Shown here in pieces: positions 1-8,319 of a stretch of 64,000 nucleotides of DNA. Location: contig OY782041.1 in the NCBI GenBank assembly GCA_963677595.1, forward strand, positions 2,400,001 to 2,464,000, given 5' to 3'. Source of the DNA: Spirochaetia bacterium (GTDB lineage: Bacteria; Spirochaetota; Spirochaetia; CAKZLE01). Every line of letters begins with the position of its first letter. Position 1 is the stretch's first letter. Below the pieces are notes generated by a model, which saw nothing but the letters and a program-made list of their open reading frames with translations, had not been told where the DNA came from and searched no databases. The position numbers were made by a program, and so were the translations under genes.

Positions 1-16
1 GGTCATAGATCACCTG

Positions 17-382
17 ATGGTGGATCTGAATGAACGACTGACGGAAGCAGATTTAGCAGCAGTACAGAACTGGGGGCTCTACCGGGTAGATGATAACCGG
101 GGCGAGTACGACTGTGTGGGAACGGTATCCATGTGGGGCTCGGCGATCGATGAGGATCAACGAATCGGGGAAGTAACGGTGGAGATCAGGCTCCCTTCGG
201 GCAGCGATGCCCAGATGGACCAGTACCAGGATCTGCTGATTGAGAGCCTCGATGCTGGTGGGACCTTCACTGATGCCTTTACGGAAACCTCGGTAACAGG
301 GGAAGAGAAGTGGCCGAGTGGGCCGCAGGTACATGCTGCTGTGATGGTGCAGCTGCAGGTACGGATGAACAGACTCTATTAA
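17..382 (+). CDS. Phage protein, probable tail terminator/completion protein
   Basis: 121 aa, acidic, directly upstream of the tail tube gene; call is positional. Confidence 0.5.
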   Translation: MVDLNERLTEADLAAVQNWGLYRVDDNRGEYDCVGTVSMWGSAIDEDQRIGEVTVEIRLPSGSDAQMDQYQDLLIESLDAGGTFTDAFTETSVTGEEKWPSGPQVHAAVMVQLQVRMNRLY

Positions 383-394
383 AAAGGAGAGATT

Positions 395-1045
395 ATGTCG
401 AAAGAACGACCTGCCGGTAAAGACGGCAAGCATTACTATTTTAAACCCGGAGCACAGATCTCCGGTGACTCCATCTTAAAGCTCACAGCAGGCTGGTACC
501 TGGTGGCGGCAAAGCATGTAAGTGCCAGTACCCTCCCAGCAGGGAAGAAGGTTGGAACGATCTTCCATACCGAAACTGACCTGATTACCCCGGCTGAGGG
601 CGATAACGTGATTCCTCTCGAAGCTTCAGTGATCGAGTGGGCGACTGACGGTGAAGTATCGGCAAGCAGAGGGGTGGTGGAAGATACCGTCCAGGGAGAT
701 TTTGCTGCTCACTTCCAGGATGAAGGTTACCCGAACAGTACCTACTCCTTGAGCGGGTACAACCGAATTGGCGACGAGCTGCAGAAGGAACTCAAGAACC
801 GGACTGGTACCCTGAGTATCGATGACGGTGCAGGCTCGATCACGGTCACCGAACCGAAGGGAGATGAGATCATCTTCGGTGTCTGTGCCTATGAGTCGGC
901 AGTAAGCGGGGAGAGTGAGGAGTGGACGATCCTATCAGGACTGATCACCTCAGTGACCTTGAATAAACCTCTGAAGGGTAACCAGGATTTCTCCCTGCAG
1001 CTGCAGCTGAACTACCGGGATACCTATCTCAAGACCGTAGCGTAG
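395..1045 (+). CDS. Probable major tail (tube) protein
   Basis: RBS AAGGAG; 216 aa; beta-rich C-terminus (LITSVTLN...DFSLQLQL); lies upstream of the G/GT chaperone and tape measure. Confidence 0.7.
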   Translation: MSKERPAGKDGKHYYFKPGAQISGDSILKLTAGWYLVAAKHVSASTLPAGKKVGTIFHTETDLITPAEGDNVIPLEASVIEWATDGEVSASRGVVEDTVQGDFAAHFQDEGYPNSTYSLSGYNRIGDELQKELKNRTGTLSIDDGAGSITVTEPKGDEIIFGVCAYESAVSGESEEWTILSGLITSVTLNKPLKGNQDFSLQLQLNYRDTYLKTVA

Positions 1046-1055
1046 GGGTAAGTAG

Positions 1056-1259
1056 ATGGAACTGAGAATTAAGAGAATCAGACCGGGAGACTTCTCCATC
1101 CATACAGAGAACGGAGAAGATATCTCCAACGCGGAGCATAAAGAAACCCGGTATCTGGGAGAAGAGGTGATCACCACGATCACCATCCGTACCCTGGCAA
1201 AGCATACCGGGAAATTCGTGAGAGCGAAAAAGGTGCAGGAGGAAAAGAGTGGAGATTAG
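1056..1259 (+). CDS. Small hypothetical phage protein
   Basis: 67 aa ORF filling the gap between tube and chaperone genes; overlaps the next start. Confidence 0.5.
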   Translation: MELRIKRIRPGDFSIHTENGEDISNAEHKETRYLGEEVITTITIRTLAKHTGKFVRAKKVQEEKSGD

Positions 1260-1596
1260 TGCAGTACTGCATGAGCGGTTTATACCGAGACTGTGGGGGA
1301 ATGAGCAGAGACCTGCAACTGAGCAGATTGTCATCGAGCTTGAGCACCTCACTGCCCGGGAGATGGCCGAGTTTGAGTACACCCTCAACGATAACGGGGT
1401 CTACCGGAAGATGTACGACTACAACCGGATCGCAAAAAAGATCTTCTCGATTACTAACTTCATGGTAGGTAAAGAGGCGATCGATACCGCTGAGAAGCTT
1501 CTTGCAGCAAAGAGCCGGAAGGCTTCCGAGCTCCTGAAGGAGATCATCTACCACCTCTTCTATGAGGAACCGGATGAGATTGAAACAAAAAACTGA
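1249..1596 (+). CDS. Tail assembly chaperone (gpG-like)
   Basis: GTG start after AGGAGG; ends in slippery A-AAA-AAC (1587-1593) immediately before TGA; sits between tube and tape measure. Confidence 0.8.
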   Translation: MEISAVLHERFIPRLWGNEQRPATEQIVIELEHLTAREMAEFEYTLNDNGVYRKMYDYNRIAKKIFSITNFMVGKEAIDTAEKLLAAKSRKASELLKEIIYHLFYEEPDEIETKN

Positions 1597-1934
1597 TTGC
1601 TGCGTTCCAGCTCTCCTATCTGGGCTGGTTCGCAGCTGAATGGATTGAAGGGCGAGACCCTCCGAGGATTCCGGTCCCGGAGCCGGAGGGCTATATCGAG
1701 GGGAAGATGATTGCAGGCTTACGAACTTCTTTGTTCGTCAGTCTGTATGGGATATGGCATGACTATCATGTCCTCCAGGTCCTTCCCCACGGGAAAGGGA
1801 CTCTCGATGAGAGACCGGTAGTGATCCGATGGATCAAACGATTTGAAGCAGAACTTGCCTCGGTGCAGAGGTGGGAGAGACAAAGAGAAAAGGAGAAGCT
1901 GCCGGTATGCCGAGCGGAGCCAAGATACAGTTAG
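1593..1934 (+). CDS. Tail assembly chaperone frameshift extension (gpT part of gpGT, about 228 aa fusion)
   Basis: The -1 frame is open from 1593 (LIAAFQLSYLGW...) into the ORF 1707..1934. Confidence 0.75.
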   Translation: MIAAFQLSYLGWFAAEWIEGRDPPRIPVPEPEGYIEGKMIAGLRTSLFVSLYGIWHDYHVLQVLPHGKGTLDERPVVIRWIKRFEAELASVQRWERQREKEKLPVCRAEPRYS

Positions 1935-4900
1935 TCATCGATGCTGACAGCAAACGCGCTGAAGCCAACCTGAAAGCATTTCAGGCCGAGGCGAAATCAG
2001 CAGGAGCTTCTGTATCCAAACTTGACCAGGTTGCCAGTGCAAGACATCTCGAAAAATTTGAGGAACGACTCTCACGCAATGCAAAAGCGGCAAAGTACTT
2101 CGGCGGGGAGACTGCTGCCCTTGAAAAAGAGCAGCAGCTCCTTCGTCGTGAAATCGAACGGCTTATCAGGCAGGGGATGGACCCGCTGGACTCTACGGTC
2201 ACAAGGCTGAAGAGCCGGTATGACAGCAACTCGGTATCACTGCAGAAACTTACCTCAGCAAATAGAGCCTACTCAGCGACGATGAAGACTGCTTCAGCAG
2301 TAACGGGAACCTTCATGCGGACCGTGCTCCCATTCGTGGGCGTGACTGCTGCAATCAGTTCTGCGGTCTCCATGATCAGGGACTCGGGGGCAGCTTTCGA
2401 GGAATCGGAAGCAAGAGCCCAGAAATTTGCGATCACCTATGAGGGGATCACGGATCTTGCAACCGAGCGGGTGAAGAAGCTTGCAGATACTTTCAACTAC
2501 GCTGACAGCACCATGATGGGTATCCTCGCAGAGACCGGGGACCTGCTGACCGGTTTCGGCTTGGCAGGAGTTGAAGCACTGAATCTCACTGAGAAGGCTG
2601 CCTATCTTGGGGCAGCACTGGCGAAGATGAACCCGAATATCGGGGACGCTGCAGCTGCGACTTCAGACCTCACCAAGCTCATGAGCGGTGAAGGTGAGTC
2701 AATGAAGAAGTGGGGTGTCATTGTCAGGGACTCGGCTGTCCAGGCAAAGCTCCTCGAGCAGGGGCTGACCAGGCTTACCGGGGAAGCACTCCTTCAGGCC
2801 CAGGCACAGGCACGTCTCGAGATCGCCTACAGCCAGAGCAAGAATGCCCTCGCGAATGTCTCCTCTGAAACCGTCCTCGCTCTTGATGTTGCCAGGCGCT
2901 ATGATGAGGCCTGGAAGGAACGAAAGGAGATTATCGGGGAAGCGACTACCAATTTCTTCACCCCGATCAAGCTGAAGATCGCCGAGCAGATCGAAGCCTG
3001 GAATGACGCGACCCAGGCAAAGAAGAACTATGATGCTGCCCTCGCCGGAGATCCCACTGCAGACCTGACAGCAGCCATTGCCAGGCAGCAGGAGAAGGTT
3101 GATGAACTCTATCAGGATCTTGAGAGCTATGCGAATCCCGACAATCTTGCCAAGAAATGGTTCTATGGCGGAGCTGACTGGATTCGGGAAGCCGTCGGCG
3201 GGGATACGATTGTCGAGAGTGTCCTGGAGAAGATCAAGGCAGAAGAAGGGAAACTCCAGCAGCTTAAAGATCAGCTGGCTGAGCAGACAGCGGAGCGGAG
3301 TACCGCTTCCACCATTGAAAGCAGCATTGCCAAGTACCAGGCGAGCCATGAAGCTCTTGAGAAGACGAATGCAGCAATCGAATCCCAGTTCTCGGCAATC
3401 GACCGACTCTCTGAAGCGAATGAGAAGGCAGGAGTCACCTTTGATTCTTTCACCGAAAAACAGCTTGCTGCCAGGAAGGCTTTGACTGAGTTAGTTTCCG
3501 GTGGAGTGATTAACACGGAACATCTCGATGAATTCATCGGTACTTATCGGGAATTCCTCGCTGAGGTGGAGAAGAAGCCTGCAGAGACTCCTACAATTGA
3601 TTTCTCCTCCCTCACTACAGAGCTTGATGCCCAGCTCACTGCAGTTGATCAGCTTCAGGCTGCATACCTCCGAGCAGGTAGTGAGTTTGACGGGTTCACC
3701 AAGAAACAGGCTCAGGTTCAGAAGGGTTTCGAAGCCCTGGCAACCAGCGGAGCTGACACAGAAATCCTTGATGCCTTCATTGCCAAGTACCGAGAGTTTC
3801 TAGCCCTCAGTGAAGGGGAAAACGGGGACCTGCCGCTCACGAGCGGGGAAGCTTTCTCTGCCTACCGGAGTGAACTCGATGCTGAGATCCTCTCTATTGA
3901 TAAGCTCTCAGCTGCCTATAGAAAGGCAGGGATCGAGTTTGATTCCTTCGAGCGGAAACAGCAGGCTGCCCGGAAACTCCTGAATGAAGTAGTCTCTTCC
4001 GGCTCTCTCGATACCGCCGATCTTGATCGATTCATTGGAGCCTACAAGGAATTCCTCGCTGATCTCCCTGAGGGTGGAGCATCCCTCCCTGCGGTCTCTT
4101 TCTCTGATATGAGTTCTGAACTCTCTGACCAGATCACCTCTATCGAACAGATGGCAGCAGCCTATGAACTGGCTGGTGGGGAGTTCGATGCATTCAATGA
4201 GAAACAGGCTGCCGTGAAGAAGACCTTCGAGGAACTTATCCAGGCAGGAACTGATACCGAGTTCCTGAAAGGATTCATTGCCCAGTATAGGGAATTCTTG
4301 GAAGTTGGGGAGAAAACATCAAGTATTGCTGAGGTCCTTTCTTCCGTTGATGAAGCTGCGTTCAACCTGAGAAATCAGTATGCCCGCATGGGGATCGAGC
4401 TTTCTGAAACAGAGAGTAAGACTAAGGTTCTTGAAGAGAAACTGGCAGCACTCGCGGCGACCGGGGAATATACCGAGTGGGAGCTCTATCAGATCGAGCA
4501 GACTCTGAAGGACCTGAAAGCAGCCTCTGATGAGACGGCTTCAGCCTGGGACAGCCTGGCTGATTCTATGACCTCAGCCTTAAGTGGTTTCCTCGAGGAT
4601 GCGATCGGTTCCCTCGGTTCCGGTGAGTTTGATCTCTCGGGTGCAGCAGAGTCTGCGATTGATACGGTGATCGGCGGGGCAGCGGATGCCGCTATGGTTG
4701 CCTTCCCTCAGTTTGCTCCCCTGATCGCTCTCGGTGAAGGTGCCATCAAGGGACTGAACAAGGCGATCTTCGATACGATCTCGGCAACCAGCGAAGCCAA
4801 TGATCTCATTGAGGAACAGCATGCAGCAATCACTGAGTTGTTTGCCGATGTGCTCGACCTGGAGACTGAGCTTGCAGACCAGAGAACAGAAGCGATCTAT

Positions 4901-5521
4901 GAACAGATGGAGCTGCTGGCAACGCAACATGATCTGGAGATGGAGATTCTCCGGGATCGCTGGGAGCATGGGGAGCTTACCGGGGAAGATTATTTCTCCC
5001 AGGCTATGGCTGCTAATATCTCCTATCAGGAGACAGAGGATTCCTATGATAACCAGTCCCAGCTGATCGAAGGTGTGCAGGGAACAATCAGCGATCTCCA
5101 GGACGAGCTGAATGGACTTTCCGGCTGGACGAAGTTCTGGACCCGAGCTGATGAGAAGCTTGAGGCTGAGATTGATAAGTACGAGAAACTCCTCGCAGCG
5201 ATCGCCTCGATGGATGGACTCTCTGATGCTGAAGTAGCTGACCTCGCAGAGACCTACGGGATCACCGTACCCGGTGCTGCCCGGGGAGCTGACTTCATTA
5301 CCTCGGGTCCCATGCTCATGGCAGTAGGGGATAACCCCGGTGGAAAGGAGAGAGTGCAGATCTCACCGATCACCAGCAGCAATATTCATGGACCCCAAGG
5401 GACGGATGGACAAGCGATTCATATCACGATCACCGGGGATGTGTACGGGGTGGATGATCTCTATGCCCGGCTCGATGCTGCCGGAAAGCGGCTGAAGAAA
5501 CTGGGGAGGATTGCCGGATGA
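1907..5521 (+). CDS. Tail tape measure protein
   Basis: About 1200 aa, Ala/Glu/Lys-rich helical; ATG 1907 after AGGAG; C-terminal ARGADFITSGP...VGDNPGGKERV motif typical of tape measure C-termini; internal repeats. Confidence 0.88.
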   Translation: MPSGAKIQLVIDADSKRAEANLKAFQAEAKSAGASVSKLDQVASARHLEKFEERLSRNAKAAKYFGGETAALEKEQQLLRREIERLIRQGMDPLDSTVTRLKSRYDSNSVSLQKLTSANRAYSATMKTASAVTGTFMRTVLPFVGVTAAISSAVSMIRDSGAAFEESEARAQKFAITYEGITDLATERVKKLADTFNYADSTMMGILAETGDLLTGFGLAGVEALNLTEKAAYLGAALAKMNPNIGDAAAATSDLTKLMSGEGESMKKWGVIVRDSAVQAKLLEQGLTRLTGEALLQAQAQARLEIAYSQSKNALANVSSETVLALDVARRYDEAWKERKEIIGEATTNFFTPIKLKIAEQIEAWNDATQAKKNYDAALAGDPTADLTAAIARQQEKVDELYQDLESYANPDNLAKKWFYGGADWIREAVGGDTIVESVLEKIKAEEGKLQQLKDQLAEQTAERSTASTIESSIAKYQASHEALEKTNAAIESQFSAIDRLSEANEKAGVTFDSFTEKQLAARKALTELVSGGVINTEHLDEFIGTYREFLAEVEKKPAETPTIDFSSLTTELDAQLTAVDQLQAAYLRAGSEFDGFTKKQAQVQKGFEALATSGADTEILDAFIAKYREFLALSEGENGDLPLTSGEAFSAYRSELDAEILSIDKLSAAYRKAGIEFDSFERKQQAARKLLNEVVSSGSLDTADLDRFIGAYKEFLADLPEGGASLPAVSFSDMSSELSDQITSIEQMAAAYELAGGEFDAFNEKQAAVKKTFEELIQAGTDTEFLKGFIAQYREFLEVGEKTSSIAEVLSSVDEAAFNLRNQYARMGIELSETESKTKVLEEKLAALAATGEYTEWELYQIEQTLKDLKAASDETASAWDSLADSMTSALSGFLEDAIGSLGSGEFDLSGAAESAIDTVIGGAADAAMVAFPQFAPLIALGEGAIKGLNKAIFDTISATSEANDLIEEQHAAITELFADVLDLETELADQRTEAIYEQMELLATQHDLEMEILRDRWEHGELTGEDYFSQAMAANISYQETEDSYDNQSQLIEGVQGTISDLQDELNGLSGWTKFWTRADEKLEAEIDKYEKLLAAIASMDGLSDAEVADLAETYGITVPGAARGADFITSGPMLMAVGDNPGGKERVQISPITSSNIHGPQGTDGQAIHITITGDVYGVDDLYARLDAAGKRLKKLGRIAG
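3440..4310 (+). repeat. Four 82-84 aa repeats in the tape measure protein
   Basis: FDxF..KQ...D.FI..Y(R/K)EFL motif starts at 3440, 3686, 3938 and 4184 (spacings 246/252/246 nt). Confidence 0.85.
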
Positions 5522-7245
5522 TTCAGTTATTCCTCTACTTCCCTGACCTCACTGCTCCGATGGATATCTCTCACCTGGTGAGAGCAAACAGCTTCTCTAT
5601 GACCCGTAATCTCTACAATGAGAACTGTGAGAGTGTCATCGATACCTGCTCGGTGGAGCTGAAGTATGATCAGCTTCTCGTGGCCCGGATCATGGCTGCA
5701 CCAGCGAATGAGAAAATCCTCTGCAAGGTATACAACACAGATGAGACTCCACTATTTTCTGGGTATATCGCTCCCTCACTGGACCTCAGGAAGACGAAGC
5801 AGGTTGAGACGATCTCCCTGGAGATCCGGGACGATTCCTGGAAACTCGATCTTCCACTCTCCTCAGACTTCCAAAGACCGGCTTCAATTGCTGACCCAGA
5901 GGTAACGGTACGATCAGTCTACGAAGCGCTCCTTCTGGAAGCCGGGTATGACTCGCTCTCTATTGCAGCGGACGGGATTGCTGCAGCTGAGACGATCCAG
6001 ATGGTCAGTGTGGAAGCCGAGAAGTATACCTACCGGCAGCTGCTTGATTCTATCCTCAGGGATCATGGCTATGTGTTCAGCCTGAACAGTGAGGGACAGT
6101 TCTTTCTGTACCAGTGGAACCGTGATACCTATATCCCCTATGCCGTGATCGATCAGCAGCTCTCCACGGTGGATGCCTTTGAGATCTCGAAGGAGGATAC
6201 CTCATCAGACGGGATTAAACTGACTTGGGCAGGGTTGGAAACTCTGGAGGAGGTCCGCCTCTATACAGCAAATCTCCCGGTTGGGACCGATACAGCTTCC
6301 TCAGGAGTGAGCATCCTTCCTGACCGGTACTACCCGGAAGACGGGGATGTGATAGACACCTTCCAGACATTCCAGACCGAGTGGCTCGATGTTGCTTATC
6401 AGTCAAGAAAGACGAGGGTGAAGAATGAGGATATCACTCTCATTACTACAGAGAACCATAGACTCTCTACGCTCTCGGAGGCGGGAGTCTCTGTATTCAA
6501 GCAGAGCTTTGGGAAACACCAGGCACAGATCCTCTTCCAGAACTCTACCGAATCAGCTCAGAAGCTCTATGTCTTTGAGATTTACGGGAGAGCACTCTTC
6601 CGGTCTTCGATCAGGGAGACGGTGATACCTGCAGGAGCAGTGGACCCAGCAGAAGAGAGCAGTGAATTCGTCTTCTCCCAGAACACTGCAGAGAAGCTTG
6701 CAGCAGGACTCTACCGGAACCAGCGGTACGGGAATATCCTGTACCGCTTCACTCTCAGGGAGCAGCTGGTTGCCGTCGGGGATGTGGTATCACTCAGGCA
6801 GAGTGATCCTGCTCTCGATACTTTGGCAGTAATCACCAGTGAGAACTGGACGGACGGAGTGAACAGCTATCGGTATACGGCAAGGGGGGTGTCTTCCTTC
6901 GGGGAGCTTGAAGTGATTACAACCGCCTACCAGGCGGCGAAAGCAGGGAAGGGAGAAAAAGGGGAGGCTGGTGCTGCAGCAGTGAACTTGATTGTGGTCT
7001 CTGACCAGGGAAATATCTTCCGGCCAGCGCTGACCGACACGACCCTCGAGGCGAGAGTCTATCAGGACGGAGAGGAGATCACGGCTTCTTACGAGGCTTC
7101 CCGGTTCCGCTGGACCCGCTCCTCCCTTGATAGCACTGCAGATGCAATCTGGAATTCGGCTCACTACTCGGTGGGTACGAAGACCCTGCATATAACTGAT
7201 GAAGATGTTGAAAGCAGAGCGACATTCTTCTGCGAACTGATATAG
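5518..7245 (+). CDS. Tail tip/hub (Tal-like) protein with a short collagen linker and a C-terminal Ig-like domain
   Basis: Overlaps the tape measure stop (ATGA); GKGEKGEAG; GNIFR..TTLEARVYQDG..FRWTR..KTLHI..ATFFCELI. Confidence 0.7.
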   Translation: MIQLFLYFPDLTAPMDISHLVRANSFSMTRNLYNENCESVIDTCSVELKYDQLLVARIMAAPANEKILCKVYNTDETPLFSGYIAPSLDLRKTKQVETISLEIRDDSWKLDLPLSSDFQRPASIADPEVTVRSVYEALLLEAGYDSLSIAADGIAAAETIQMVSVEAEKYTYRQLLDSILRDHGYVFSLNSEGQFFLYQWNRDTYIPYAVIDQQLSTVDAFEISKEDTSSDGIKLTWAGLETLEEVRLYTANLPVGTDTASSGVSILPDRYYPEDGDVIDTFQTFQTEWLDVAYQSRKTRVKNEDITLITTENHRLSTLSEAGVSVFKQSFGKHQAQILFQNSTESAQKLYVFEIYGRALFRSSIRETVIPAGAVDPAEESSEFVFSQNTAEKLAAGLYRNQRYGNILYRFTLREQLVAVGDVVSLRQSDPALDTLAVITSENWTDGVNSYRYTARGVSSFGELEVITTAYQAAKAGKGEKGEAGAAAVNLIVVSDQGNIFRPALTDTTLEARVYQDGEEITASYEASRFRWTRSSLDSTADAIWNSAHYSVGTKTLHITDEDVESRATFFCELI

Positions 7246-7262
7246 ATAAGGAGAACAATAAT

Positions 7263-8309
7263 ATGGCAGTTTCAGTTGGACAGATTACGATTATGGATTA
7301 TAACGATGCGCTGACCCTTACCGGGTTCATTTCATCGAACTTACCGAAGACTCAGCGGTACTCGGCAGATACCGGAACCTTCACACCGGACTGGGGCAGC
7401 ACCTCTCTGGTACTCACCCCGAGCCTCTTCATTTTGGGAAGCGGTACTGACAAGATCACTGACTCGGCAGTGCAGTCAGTCTCCTGGCAGCGCAAGCCCT
7501 CGGACTCAAGTGTCTTTTCGGCACTCACCTCCGGGGAAGCACTCTCGGGAGCAAAGAGTCATATTCTCACCGTTTCAGCGAACAAGTTGACCGGCAGTAT
7601 CAATGCTATTGAGTACCTGTGTACGATCACCTACCTCGATAGTGCTACCGGACTGAACCTCACCTACAAGATCAGTATCAACCTCTCGAAGGTGATCGAC
7701 GGGAATAATATCGCGGTGGCTGCGGTCCATGCTCCGAGCGGAAATGTGTTCAAGAATTCAGAGCCCACCTCTCTTTCAGCAAAGGCAGAGCTCTACCGGG
7801 GAGCTACTCTCGATACCACTCTCCTTTCTTACCAGTGGTTCAAGTATGTTCCCGGCAATGCTGATGAAGGGGCAGGAGCCGACTGGGATCTCCTGGCAGG
7901 CCAGACCAGCAATACCCTTGCGGTAACTCCTGCGATGGTGGATGGCCTGCAGCAGTTCAAGGTGAAGATCACCGACAATGATGCCTCTTCTCCCACCAAC
8001 GGAGATTCCTTCTATGATGTGATAGCCTTCACCGATATGACCGATCCCGTCCAGGTGGTGATTGAATCAACTGCAGGAACGGTCTTCAAGAATGGGGTAG
8101 GGACTACCGATCTTTCATCCAAGCTCTTCCAGAATGGAGTGGAGATTGATGCTGGAGGGACGGGGTACACCTATACCTGGACGATCACCAACAAGGACGG
8201 GAATGCCCGGACCTTTGCTGATGCCTCTTCCTCGAAGACGGGAAAGACTATCTCGGTGGGAACCAGTGATGTGGATGTGAAATCGACGATCACCTGCTCA
8301 GTGAGCTAA
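7263..8309 (+). CDS. Tail fibre/structural protein with three Ig-like domains
   Basis: RBS AAGGAG; Ser/Thr-rich; repeated GxVFKN...YxW...T(L/I)xV pattern. Confidence 0.7.
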   Translation: MAVSVGQITIMDYNDALTLTGFISSNLPKTQRYSADTGTFTPDWGSTSLVLTPSLFILGSGTDKITDSAVQSVSWQRKPSDSSVFSALTSGEALSGAKSHILTVSANKLTGSINAIEYLCTITYLDSATGLNLTYKISINLSKVIDGNNIAVAAVHAPSGNVFKNSEPTSLSAKAELYRGATLDTTLLSYQWFKYVPGNADEGAGADWDLLAGQTSNTLAVTPAMVDGLQQFKVKITDNDASSPTNGDSFYDVIAFTDMTDPVQVVIESTAGTVFKNGVGTTDLSSKLFQNGVEIDAGGTGYTYTWTITNKDGNARTFADASSSKTGKTISVGTSDVDVKSTITCSVS

Positions 8310-8319
8310 AAGAGGAACC

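Noticed and set aside
1871-1906. GTG 1871 start for the tape measure
   Set aside because: ATG 1907 has AGGAG upstream; the extension overlaps the gpT frame
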